In this document: positions 1 to 8,793 of the stretch, piece after piece
How positions within the stretch are numbered: position 1 is the stretch's first letter
How the letters are laid out: every line of letters begins with the position of its first letter
Origin: Rhabdothermincola salaria
GTDB lineage: Bacteria > Actinomycetota > Acidimicrobiia > Acidimicrobiales > Acidimicrobilacustridaceae
Reading direction: 5' to 3'
DNA: 64,000 nucleotides
Assembly (NCBI RefSeq): GCF_021246445.1
Contig: NZ_JAJQXW010000001.1
Location: 682,001 to 746,000, forward strand
Notes under the pieces: model-generated
Seen by the model: the letters and a program-made list of their open reading frames with translations, nothing else
Databases searched by the model: none
What the model was told of the DNA's origin: nothing
Translations under genes and position numbers: made by a program

Positions 1-1
1 C

Positions 2-1933
2 CAGCTCGCCGAGCGGCTCGACGCCGCCATCGCCGCCCTGGAGCAGGCCTCCGCCTTCGCCAAGGCGAGCCCCGCGCTGCGCGTGGCCGACGTCGCCCAC
101 CGGCTCATGAGCCACCCCGAAGGCCCCGAGCTCATCTACCGGCGGATCCAGCGGATGCAGGACGGCGGGGTGTTCGCCGGCACCGACTGGGACCATCCCG
201 AGACCCTCCAGCCCCGCCTGGCATCCGGCACGCTCGAGCACGGGTCGGCCGAGACCGCCAGCCTCGAGATGTTGAGCGAGCTGCGTCTGCTGGCGGTGGC
301 CCGCGGTGAGGCCTTCCACCTCGCGGTCTCCTCCGAGAGCGCCACGCACTTCCTGGCCCAGCTGCTGGCCTTCGAGCTCGACCACCTCTTCGGGCCCCGA
401 TCCGAAGCCGACCGCGCCGCGGGCAGCCACGGCGACGCGGTGCGCAACCACCTGTCGTTCGTCGCCGACGGCATCGGCTACGACCACGTGCTCGACAGCC
501 TGGTGGCCGAGATCGAGAGGATCCTGGCCCAGCGCCCGATCGCCGTCGACCACGTCAAGGTCATGATCGGCCGCATCGCCGCCAACCTCGACGACCCCGA
601 CCTGTCGGGCACCGGCTCCACGCTCGGTCTCAACCGGCTGGTGAGCGCCCTGTTCGGTCCCACCGCCAACTGCCGCGAGGACCCGGGGGTCGAGACCTAC
701 GCAGAACGGCTGACGTCGCTCGACGAGAGCGCGCTGTGGCAAGAGGCCCGCGAGTTCGCGTTGGCCATGCACTCCACGGGCCTGGTGTCGCCCTACCAGG
801 AAGTCTTCGTCCACCACGTCAACGGCACTCGCGACGACCTCCTCGGCCAGGTGCTGGGGCTGAGCCGCACCGGCATGGAGGCCCTGTCGTGCTACGCCCC
901 CCTCGTTCGTCGCCTCATCGAGGTGGCCATCACCCCGGGCACCACGCAGACCATCTACTCGCTGGCCCAGATGATCGAACGGGCCGTGCTGTTCGACCCC
1001 GCAGTCGCCCCGTCGTTGTGGGCCATGATCGGCCTGGTCCCGTCCCCGAGCGCCGAGCTGGCCCTCGCCGGGATCACCGGGGAAGAGACGGCGTCGACGG
1101 TCCTGCTGGCCGGCGTGATCGACGTGCTCGGCCAACCCCTCGGCATCGGGCAGGGCAACAACCCGACGTGCCAGGCGGCGCGGGCCATCTCCATGTGGTC
1201 GCTGGCCGCGCCCAGCTACGTGCTGCGCCTCGTGACCCGTGCGGCACGCGACGACGAGATCCGCCTGTTCTTCGAGGGCGATGCCATCTCCTCGGCCGAG
1301 GTCCCCGCGGGCACCTTCACCGCTCCGCTGGTGGACGTCGACCCGGTCTCCATGGTGCTGGTGCCCCATCTCGACCGGATCTACATCGAGATGGGCCGAC
1401 GGTGCGCGTCCCGCAGCGGCGATCCGCACGCCTGGATCAACCGCGAGATGCACGGCTGGTGGGTGGGACGGGAGACCGCACTGGCCGTCGACCTGGCCAG
1501 TGGCCATCTCGACGACTACCCGAGCTTCGTGCGCCGCTTCTACGCCCTGTACCACCCGCTGCACAACCGCGATCGGCCTGTGATCCACCCTCAGCCCGCC
1601 GGCATCGCCGTCACCGACGGCCTCGGTCGGTTCATCGGGTGGCATGCCATCTCCATCCTGCGCGTGGGCATGGATCCCTCCGAGGAGATGCGGGTGTACT
1701 TCTTCAACCCCAACAACGACGGCGGTCAGGACTGGGGTCAGGGCGTGGTGGTCTCCACCGAGGGCTGCGGCGAGCGGTTCGGCGAGTCCTCTCTGCCCAT
1801 CGCCGCGTTCACCTCGAGGCTGTACCTGTACCACTACGACCCCCCGGACGTGGGGGAGGTGGCTGCCGTCCCGGCCGAGGTCGCCGACGAGGTCGAGGCT
1901 CTCGCCCGGGCCAGCTGGGCCGCGGACCGCTGA
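2..1933 (+). CDS. Large hypothetical protein, 5' partial, with putative C-terminal papain/calpain-like cysteine protease domain
   Basis: Frame is open from window start (QLAERLDAAIAALEQ...). Motifs GQGNNPTCQ, IGWHAISILRVG and YFFNPNNDGGQDWGQG. Confidence 0.8.
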   Translation, partial: QLAERLDAAIAALEQASAFAKASPALRVADVAHRLMSHPEGPELIYRRIQRMQDGGVFAGTDWDHPETLQPRLASGTLEHGSAETASLEMLSELRLLAVARGEAFHLAVSSESATHFLAQLLAFELDHLFGPRSEADRAAGSHGDAVRNHLSFVADGIGYDHVLDSLVAEIERILAQRPIAVDHVKVMIGRIAANLDDPDLSGTGSTLGLNRLVSALFGPTANCREDPGVETYAERLTSLDESALWQEAREFALAMHSTGLVSPYQEVFVHHVNGTRDDLLGQVLGLSRTGMEALSCYAPLVRRLIEVAITPGTTQTIYSLAQMIERAVLFDPAVAPSLWAMIGLVPSPSAELALAGITGEETASTVLLAGVIDVLGQPLGIGQGNNPTCQAARAISMWSLAAPSYVLRLVTRAARDDEIRLFFEGDAISSAEVPAGTFTAPLVDVDPVSMVLVPHLDRIYIEMGRRCASRSGDPHAWINREMHGWWVGRETALAVDLASGHLDDYPSFVRRFYALYHPLHNRDRPVIHPQPAGIAVTDGLGRFIGWHAISILRVGMDPSEEMRVYFFNPNNDGGQDWGQGVVVSTEGCGERFGESSLPIAAFTSRLYLYHYDPPDVGEVAAVPAEVADEVEALARASWAADR

Positions 1934-2009
1934 CGGTGCGCCCCCGGCCTGACGGTTCGACCGCTCCGATGCTGGCGCCGGTGACGGACAGCCGGGCCGG
2001 TCGGCCATC

Positions 2010-2279
2010 ATGGACGACGTGACGTCGTCGGACCAACGGACCCGGACCAAGGTCGACAACTACACCGACGACCAGTACGAGCGGAAGCTCGCGGTCGCCC
2101 AAGACGGCCCGCTGCTGGTCGTGGTCTGCCTCGGTATCGGCGCCGCCATGCCCTTGGCGATCGGCGCCCGATGGGTCGCCCTCGTCGTGGTGGTCGTGGC
2201 CGCGCTGGTGCTCGGCGCCGTCGCCTGGGCCTTCCGGCGCCGGGTGCGAGCCAGGACCCTCGAGACCCCTGAGGGCTGA
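2010..2279 (+). CDS. Small membrane protein (two hydrophobic segments)
   Basis: 89-aa ORF with ATG start, two hydrophobic stretches and a basic C-terminus; fills the intergenic gap. Confidence 0.6.
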   Translation: MDDVTSSDQRTRTKVDNYTDDQYERKLAVAQDGPLLVVVCLGIGAAMPLAIGARWVALVVVVVAALVLGAVAWAFRRRVRARTLETPEG

Positions 2280-2339
2280 CAACGACCTGGCCTCGGTGGA
2301 CGCAGCCGACGGTCGCTCGAGCGAGCCGCGAGGTCCCGG

Positions 2340-3197
2340 TCAGCGGTGGGGACGCACCAGGGCCTCCTGGGCCACGGTGGCGACCAGGCGGCCGTCGGGA
2401 TCGTGCACCGAGCCCTGCACGAGAGCCCGCTGACCGGAGATGGTGACGATCGACTGGGTGTACAGGTGCCACCGCTCGAACCGCACCGGCCGATGGAACC
2501 AGACGGCGTGGTCGAGGCTCACCCCGGTGAGGGCGGCCACCCCGGGACCGTCGGGGTGCGACCGGTAGGCCATGTCGAGCAGGAAGTAGTCGCTGGCGTA
2601 GGCGAGGAGCGCCGCGTCGAGCACGGCGTCGTCGACCGGGCGGGCCAGGCGCATCCAGTGGGAACGGGGCCCCTGGCCCACCGGGCCACCGAAGAACGTG
2701 GGTGGCTCCGCCATGCGCATCTCCACCGCGGGGGGCACCTCCACCCAGCGCGACGTCATCGCCTGGTGCTCGGCGGGAGCGCGGCGCGCCCAGTCCTCGA
2801 GCGAGGGCAGCGTCTCGGGTGGGTCGGCCGGCGGGGGAGGGGCGGCCACGTCGACCCCGGGTGGGGTGTCGTGGAACGAGACGAGGGCGGCCAGCAGCTC
2901 CCGGCCGTCCTCGAGCACCGACACCCGACGGGTGGCGAACGAACGGCCGTCCCGCACCCGGTCGACCACCAGCTCGACCGCTGCACCGGGTGATCCGGCG
3001 GCCACGAACGAGGCGTGGATGGACTGGGGCACCTTCCCCGCGACGGTGGCGCCGGCGGCGGCCACCGCCTGGGCCACCAGCTGGCCGCCGAAGGCCCGGT
3101 CGAAGCGGCCCGGCTCTCCGGGCGCCGCGAAGCGGTCCTCGCCGATCGGTTCGAGCGTGAGCGCCCGCACCATGGCATCGAGGACGGCGACGCTCAC
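2340..3197 (-). CDS. Acyl-CoA thioesterase II (TesB family)
   Basis: FGGQLVAQA, VRDGRSFATRRV, LAYASD, SLDHAVWFHRP and VAQEAL motifs; GTG start overlaps the upstream TGA (GTGA). Confidence 0.9.
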   Translation of the reverse strand: MSVAVLDAMVRALTLEPIGEDRFAAPGEPGRFDRAFGGQLVAQAVAAAGATVAGKVPQSIHASFVAAGSPGAAVELVVDRVRDGRSFATRRVSVLEDGRELLAALVSFHDTPPGVDVAAPPPPADPPETLPSLEDWARRAPAEHQAMTSRWVEVPPAVEMRMAEPPTFFGGPVGQGPRSHWMRLARPVDDAVLDAALLAYASDYFLLDMAYRSHPDGPGVAALTGVSLDHAVWFHRPVRFERWHLYTQSIVTISGQRALVQGSVHDPDGRLVATVAQEALVRPHR

Positions 3198-4123
3198 GGT
3201 GCCGGGGCGAGGGCGGCGATGATCTCCTCGCCGTAGCGGGTGAGGTTGTCGATGACCTCGGCGCGGGTGCGTCCCGACGCGTTGCCCGCGATCCACGTCA
3301 CGCCGGCCTCGGCCAGCTCGTGCAGCGCCTCGAGATGCTGCTGCGGGTTCCAGTCCGGCGTCCCGGGGGCCCCGCCCTCGAAGCACATGTACATCACGTC
3401 GACCGGCGCGGTCCGCCCGACGGAGGCGGCGTGGTCGTGGAGGTACGCCAGCATGTCGCGCAGCTGCTCGGTGGTCTCGAGCGGCGGCGACCGGCGTCGC
3501 GCCGCCAGCTCGGCCGGGTTCGGCAACGGCATCCACCCCTGGCCCCACTCGGCGACGCGGCGACGGGTGAGCTTGGAGTTGCCGCCCAGCCACAGGGGCG
3601 GGTGGGGCTGGCGGGCCGGGGTGGGCTGCGAGGTGATGTCGCGGGCGGAGAAGTGCAGACCCTCGTACGTGACGGGCTCGCCGGTCCACGCCATGCGCAT
3701 CACGTCCACCGCTTCGTCGAACAGTGCGTTGCGTTCGTCGAAGTCGACCCCCAACGCGTGGTACTCACCCTTGAGGTAGCCGGTTCCCATGCCCAGGATC
3801 ACGCGCCCGTCCGAGACCCTGTCGAGGGTGGCCACCGCCTTGGCCAGCATGAAGGGGTTGCGGTACGGCACGACGGTGAGGTTCGTCAGCAGCTGCAGCT
3901 GCGAGGTGGCCGCCGCCGCGAACGACAGGGCGACGAACGGGTCGAGGGCGTCGTGGCCGCCGGTCTGACGCCAGCGTTCGGCCGGCGCAGGGTGCTCGGT
4001 GACGTAGACGGCGCCGAAGCCGGCCGCCTCGGCGGACGCGGCGAGCTCCATCAGGGCCTGCGCCGTCAAGAACTCCTCGATGGGCGGACAGGTCGTGAAC
4101 GGGTAGCCCCACGAGAACCTCAT
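3194..4123 (-). CDS. LLM-class F420-dependent oxidoreductase
   Basis: AEAAGF...TEHP, LDPFVALSFAAA, YRNPFMLAKAVATLDRVSDGRVILGMGTGY and PPLWLGG motifs. Confidence 0.9.
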   Translation of the reverse strand: MRFSWGYPFTTCPPIEEFLTAQALMELAASAEAAGFGAVYVTEHPAPAERWRQTGGHDALDPFVALSFAAAATSQLQLLTNLTVVPYRNPFMLAKAVATLDRVSDGRVILGMGTGYLKGEYHALGVDFDERNALFDEAVDVMRMAWTGEPVTYEGLHFSARDITSQPTPARQPHPPLWLGGNSKLTRRRVAEWGQGWMPLPNPAELAARRRSPPLETTEQLRDMLAYLHDHAASVGRTAPVDVMYMCFEGGAPGTPDWNPQQHLEALHELAEAGVTWIAGNASGRTRAEVIDNLTRYGEEIIAALAPAP

Positions 4124-4371
4124 GCTCCGCCGTCCTCGGCGCGCTCGGCGATGTCGCTGGGTGTCGGGTCCATTGGCGTGATGCTCCTGGGAGGTGAGCG
4201 GCGGTTCCCGGCGCTCGTCGGATGGCGAGAGGGTGGGCAGGCGGTGACGAGACCGTCGGGTGCGGCGGTCGGCCCGGACGTCGTCGGTGGCCCAATGCTC
4301 TCATCCCTCTCCTCCCAGGTTCGGACACGAGCATCGAGGGAGGGTCTTCGCGTCGGGCCATACTCTCCGGA

Positions 4372-5418
4372 ATGGCCGACCCGTCGAGCGACTCCGTGTC
4401 GCTGTCACCGCAACGGGACGGCGTGGTGGACGACTCGGGTTCGGTCGATCCCGTCTCTCCGCCCTCGGATGGCGACGAGCGGCGGCTGACGGCCCGATGG
4501 CGGGCGATCCTGCTCCTCGCGTTCGGGCTGCTCTGTGCCGTGGCGTTGGCCGGCCTCTACCTCGGTGCGGTCCGGACCCGCCCCGGTCAACGGGTGGACG
4601 AGGCCGCCATCGTCGGGCGAGGTGGCGGCCAGCTCATCCAGCTGACCTCGACGAGGGCGCTCGACACGATCAGCCTCTCCTCCCTCGCAGTGGCCGCCGC
4701 GGTGCTGCTGGTGTTCGCCGTGACCCGGCGGCGGCCTCGGTTGGCGCTCGGGGTCGCCGTGATGATCGCGGGGGCGAACGTCACGACGCAGGTGCTGAAG
4801 ACGGAGCTGTTGAGTCGGCCGGACCTGTTGGACCGGCCGGGGGCGGCCACCGTGCCGAGCTTCCCCAGCGGTCACGCGACCGTGGCCGTCTCACTCGCGC
4901 TGGCGCTGGTACTGGTGGTGCCGGCGCGCCTCAGGGTCATGGCCGGCCTGATCGGGATGGGCTATGCCGTGGCCGTCGGGGCGGCGACGCTCACGGCGGG
5001 ATGGCATCGCCCCAGCGACGTCATCGCCGCCTATCTGGTCGCCACGGTGTGGGTGACGGCAGTGCTGGCCGGGCTCCTCGCGTGGCGCGGGATCGGAACC
5101 TCCCCCATGCCCGAGATCTTCGGTCGAACCCTCTCGAGCTGGCGTCTGCTCGTGCTCGGGGTCGCGCTCGTCGCCGCCGCCGGCCTCGTGACGGGCACCG
5201 TGGTCGTCGTGCTCGACGGCCGTGACCTGGATGCTGGGCAGCTCGGACCCTCCTACGTGGGCGCCGTCGCGGCCATCGCCGGTGTCGCCATCGTGATCCT
5301 CAGCGTCCTGCTGTGGATCCTGCGCGGGGCGCGCATCGACCCACCGCGCGATCAGACCGACGAGCGCGTCGTGCCGTTCCCCGAGGCGTGGGGCCTGCCC
5401 GAGAGCGACGCTCGCTGA
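4372..5418 (+). CDS. PAP2-family membrane phosphatase
   Basis: K-x5-RP, SFPSGH and WHRPSDV motifs with multiple TM helices; start chosen at the ATG after TACTCT. Confidence 0.85.
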   Translation: MADPSSDSVSLSPQRDGVVDDSGSVDPVSPPSDGDERRLTARWRAILLLAFGLLCAVALAGLYLGAVRTRPGQRVDEAAIVGRGGGQLIQLTSTRALDTISLSSLAVAAAVLLVFAVTRRRPRLALGVAVMIAGANVTTQVLKTELLSRPDLLDRPGAATVPSFPSGHATVAVSLALALVLVVPARLRVMAGLIGMGYAVAVGAATLTAGWHRPSDVIAAYLVATVWVTAVLAGLLAWRGIGTSPMPEIFGRTLSSWRLLVLGVALVAAAGLVTGTVVVVLDGRDLDAGQLGPSYVGAVAAIAGVAIVILSVLLWILRGARIDPPRDQTDERVVPFPEAWGLPESDAR

Positions 5419-5701
5419 GCGCGCCATCTCGACGCCGACGACGACATGGAAGGGCCTCACCCGCGCTCCCGGCACCGACGCTCGCCCTGGTGGGGAGACC
5501 CCGGCCAGCGCGGCGGACCGCTCCACGGGTGCGAGGGCATCCGTGCCCCCGACGGCGGCTCCGCGCTCCCGCGACGGTGGCACCGGGGTCGTGGCTCGCA
5601 GCACGCGCCCAACTGGAACGGCCCAGGCCCTGAGGAAGCAGCACCCATGTCGACGGTCTCCCCGAGGTGTGCGGTAGCTCTGCGGAGGACCGGCAGATCG
5701 G

Positions 5702-5730
5702 TTGACACCGGGGGACCGCTCGGGGAGCCT
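5702..5730 (+). promoter_or_regulatory. Sigma70-type promoter for leaderless transcript
   Basis: TTGACA (5702-5707), 17-nt spacer, GAGCCT (5725-5730), then 7 nt to ATG 5738. Confidence 0.55.
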
Positions 5731-5737
5731 GACGGCC

Positions 5738-6787
5738 ATGACGGGGGAACTGAAGGCTGATGCTTGGGTCGCGACGGCGTTGGGGGATCCGACGAAGGTC
5801 CTCGAACGCCAACAGGTGGAGGTTCGCCCACCCGGTCCCAACGAGGTGCGCGTCCAGGTCTCGACCTTCTGCGTCAACTTCAACGACACCGACATCGTTC
5901 GGGGACGATGGTCCATCGTCCCCCTCCAGCCGCCCTTCACCCCGGGCATGGAGGCCATGGGCGTCGTCGAGAGCGCCGGGCCCGGCGCCGAACACCTCGT
6001 CGGGCGGCGCATCGTCGGCATCCCGGCCGGCGCCCACGGCGGGTTCGCCGAGTGGGCGGTCGTCGACGCCACCAGCGCCATGCTGATCCCGGACTGGATG
6101 GACGACGTCGACGGCGCCGCCCTCCACTACCCGTTCCACCTGAGCTGGTTCGCCCTGTTCGAGCGGGCACGGCTGCAGCCAGGAGAGACGGTGCTGGTGC
6201 ACGCCGGTGCGGGTGGCGTGGGCTCCGCCGCCATCCAGCTGGCCAAGCACCGCGGGGCCAAGGTCATCGCCACGGCCGGGTCCCCCGAGAAGCTCGACCT
6301 GTGCCGGGAGCTCGGCGCCGACGAGGTCGTGAACTATCGAGACGGCGGGTTCGCCCAGGCCGTGATGGACGCCACCTACCAGACCGGCGTCGACGTCGCC
6401 CTCGACTCGGTGGGCGGGGCCGTCACCACCGAGACCTTCGGGTCCATGGGGATGAACGGTCGCCACCTGATCGTCGGCTACGCGTCCGACATCACCAACG
6501 ACGGTCAGCCACTTCCCGTGCAACCGGCGATCTACGGCAACTTCTCGCTGTGCGGGGTGTGCCTCGCCTACGCCCCCGACCCGCTCGCCACCCGACTCAG
6601 CACCGGGCTCAACTGGCCGTCACGCTCCGAGGGTCTGGAATCCCATCGGCGCATCATCGAGCTCCTGCGCACAGGCGAGGTGCGTACGGTGGTCACCTCG
6701 ACGGTCGGCTTCGACGACCTCCCGGAGGCGATGGAACGCCAGGAACGACGCGAGACCATGGGCCGTACCGTCGTGCGGCTGCACTGA
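5738..6787 (+). CDS. NADPH:quinone oxidoreductase (MDR/zeta-crystallin family)
   Basis: PGPNEV, VNFND, PFTPGMEAMG, GETVLVHAGAGGVGSAAIQLAK and LGADEVVNY motifs. Confidence 0.9.
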   Translation: MTGELKADAWVATALGDPTKVLERQQVEVRPPGPNEVRVQVSTFCVNFNDTDIVRGRWSIVPLQPPFTPGMEAMGVVESAGPGAEHLVGRRIVGIPAGAHGGFAEWAVVDATSAMLIPDWMDDVDGAALHYPFHLSWFALFERARLQPGETVLVHAGAGGVGSAAIQLAKHRGAKVIATAGSPEKLDLCRELGADEVVNYRDGGFAQAVMDATYQTGVDVALDSVGGAVTTETFGSMGMNGRHLIVGYASDITNDGQPLPVQPAIYGNFSLCGVCLAYAPDPLATRLSTGLNWPSRSEGLESHRRIIELLRTGEVRTVVTSTVGFDDLPEAMERQERRETMGRTVVRLH

Positions 6788-6813
6788 CGAGCCACCCGAC
6801 GGCGGAAGGGACG

Positions 6814-6978
6814 ATGACCGACAGCAACGAGGGCGCAGAGGTGAAGCTGCTCTCCGGCGGGAACCCTCAGATCCCCAAAGGCGACGGCGACGAACCGGTG
6901 CAGGCCTACATCGCGGCGATGCCCGGATGGAAGGGCATCCACCAGGCGGCCGCGCTTCCGGGCGAGGAGACCTTCTGA
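6814..6978 (+). pseudogene. DUF1801 (YdhG-like) gene with apparent in-frame internal deletion
   Basis: 54 aa. Family-like N-terminus LLSGGNPQIPKGDGDEPVQAYIAAMPGWK is joined directly to the family-like C-terminus IHQAAALPG; RBS GGAAGGG upstream. Confidence 0.65.
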
Positions 6979-6987
6979 GCGCGAGGG

Positions 6988-7905
6988 TCAGCGCTCGACG
7001 GGATCGACCCGCCAGGTCCAGTCCTCGCCGTCGGGCGAGACCGACAGCTCCCAGGTCAGCTCGTCGCCCGCCGACACGGCCCGCCCCTCGGGGAGGGGGA
7101 GGAACCCGTGGGACCAGCTCGACTCCGTCCGCGGTGGCGTGTTGTCGACGGTGACGCCGGGGCACAGCAGCGAGTCGAACCAGCACGCCAGACCGTGGAG
7201 CGTGCCGTCGCGGTCCACCCCCAGCCGGCCCGCGGAGGTGATGGCCTCGTCGGACGCGGTCCTCAGGTCGACGTCTGCGGCCAGCTCGGGTTGGCCGAGC
7301 AGGTTGCCCGGCGTGAGGTCCGCGAACCACAGCATCCGCGCCGCCCGCCGGTGGGCCGCCGTGTAGTCGTAGGGGAGCGCGGTCTCCCACCAATCCGACA
7401 CCAGCGAGTGGTCGTCGAACGACTCGACGGCCGCGACCCACATGCGCAGCCGCTGAGGCACGAGCAGCGCACCGGGGCGGAGCAGCCGCTGCCGGGCATC
7501 GAAGGTCCAGGCCACGATCCCTTCGTCGAACCCCGCGTTGCCGATCGTCTCGGAGATGAGCACGTCCGCCGGTTCCGGGAGGCCGACCTTGATCGACCAG
7601 CCGTCGAGGAACTCGATCCGATCGGCGAAGCCGTTGTCGACGGCCAGCTCCCGGGCGAGCTCGATGACCGGTCCCCCTTCGATGGCGTAGACCTTCCGGG
7701 CGCCCGCCTCGCACGCCATGAACGACAGCACGCCGCTCCCGCAGCCGATGTCGACCACCACGTCGCCGGGCTGCACCGAGGCATCGATGGCCCGCCGGAA
7801 GGCGTCCATCCGTTCGGCGTCGTGCAGCATGCTCAGGTGGTAGTCGAGCACGGTGGCATGGGCGCTGTCGCGTTGCCAGACAGGGCTTCCGGGCAGGTGC
7901 GGCAT
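6988..7905 (-). CDS. PRMT-like (protein arginine methyltransferase-like) SAM-dependent methyltransferase
   Basis: HLSMLHDAER, VVDIGCGSGVLS, AGARKVYAIE, DVLISETIGNAGFDEG (double-E loop), LHGLACWFD and SSW at the THW-loop position. Confidence 0.85.
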   Translation of the reverse strand: MPHLPGSPVWQRDSAHATVLDYHLSMLHDAERMDAFRRAIDASVQPGDVVVDIGCGSGVLSFMACEAGARKVYAIEGGPVIELARELAVDNGFADRIEFLDGWSIKVGLPEPADVLISETIGNAGFDEGIVAWTFDARQRLLRPGALLVPQRLRMWVAAVESFDDHSLVSDWWETALPYDYTAAHRRAARMLWFADLTPGNLLGQPELAADVDLRTASDEAITSAGRLGVDRDGTLHGLACWFDSLLCPGVTVDNTPPRTESSWSHGFLPLPEGRAVSAGDELTWELSVSPDGEDWTWRVDPVER

Positions 7906-8042
7906 GGCGCCGAAGCTACGGGACCCCCGCACCAGCCGGTGACGAGGGGATGCAGGGACCGGGTCGGTCGGTCACGGACCATGGCGTCCCCACCACGGGG
8001 CGAGGGTTAGGGTCCTGCGAACCCACGAACGAAGGACAGACG

Positions 8043-8324
8043 TTGAGCGACCAGAACCTCGGCACACCGGCGGGCCAGACGAAGACCAACAGCAAGGCGA
8101 CCTGGTCGCTGGTGCTGGGCATCCTCAGCATCACCATCTGCGGGCTCATCGCCGGCATCCTGGCGATCATCATCGGCAAGCAGGCACAGCGCGAGATCAT
8201 CGCCTCGGGAGGCCTCCAAGGCGGCGAGGTCCGCGCCAAGTGGGGGATCATCCTCGGCTGGATCTCGATCGCGATCGCCGTGCTCGCCGGGATCATCGCC
8301 GCCATCGCCTACGCCGGCAACTAG
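8043..8324 (+). CDS. DUF4190-family small membrane protein
   Basis: TNSKATWSLVLGILS...AIIIG..A.REI...GE..AKWGIILGWI pattern; TTG start after GAAGGA. Confidence 0.85.
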   Translation: MSDQNLGTPAGQTKTNSKATWSLVLGILSITICGLIAGILAIIIGKQAQREIIASGGLQGGEVRAKWGIILGWISIAIAVLAGIIAAIAYAGN

Positions 8325-8346
8325 CAGCCGAACGACCAACGGGTAC

Positions 8347-8375
8347 CTCCGGCGCGGCTCATGGCCGCGCCGGAG
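8347..8375. terminator. GC-rich hairpin, probable terminator after DUF4190 gene
   Basis: ctccggcgcggc-tcatg-gccgcgccggag, a perfect 12-bp stem 22 nt after the stop. Confidence 0.6.
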
Positions 8376-8534
8376 CCGCGTCTCGGCCGGCTCGGAGCAC
8401 GACAGCGGCCGCCCGCGCCCGAGAGACGAGGCTCGAGAAGTGGAGCCCCGCAGCCGGGTTCCGAGCGGCGGGGGTGCTCACCGGTTGGTCTCCGTCCACT
8501 GTGGGGTGGAGATGCGACTCGCCCCAGCGACGCT

Positions 8535-8567
8535 GACGAACCCCAGGCCCGAGGCCTGGGGTTCGTC
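8535..8567. terminator. Perfect 15-bp hairpin, probable terminator of minus-strand micro-ORF
   Basis: gacgaaccccaggcc-cga-ggcctggggttcgtc. Confidence 0.65.
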
Positions 8568-8594
8568 CGTTCGCCGGCCGTGGTCACGACATGG

Positions 8595-8726
8595 TCAGGC
8601 GCCTCGGCGCCCCGCCTTCTTCTCGGGCGAGCGGCTCAGGCCGCGGCGCGCCAGCGAGCGCTTCGTGACGCGTTGGCGCGTCTTTCGTCGTGAACGTGAG
8701 TGGGATCGAGCAGTCATTGCCCCCAT
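8595..8726 (-). CDS. Putative small basic Arg/Lys-rich protein (43 aa; not in ORF track)
   Basis: MGAMTARSHSRSRRKTRQRVTKRSLARRGLSRSPEKKAGRRGA*; followed by a strong hairpin; GACAGT lies 6 nt upstream of the ATG. Confidence 0.5.
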   Translation of the reverse strand: MGAMTARSHSRSRRKTRQRVTKRSLARRGLSRSPEKKAGRRGA

Positions 8727-8793
8727 GGTCCCACTGTCCGAGCCCCCTTGTCGCCCGCGGGGGCAATCGGCAGGTACGGCGTAGCCTGAGGGT

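Noticed and set aside
5492..5663. 9-bp inverted repeat GGGGAGACC/GGTCTCCCC as MITE ends
   Set aside because: Short, GC-rich and single-copy with no target-site duplication seen; compatible with chance.
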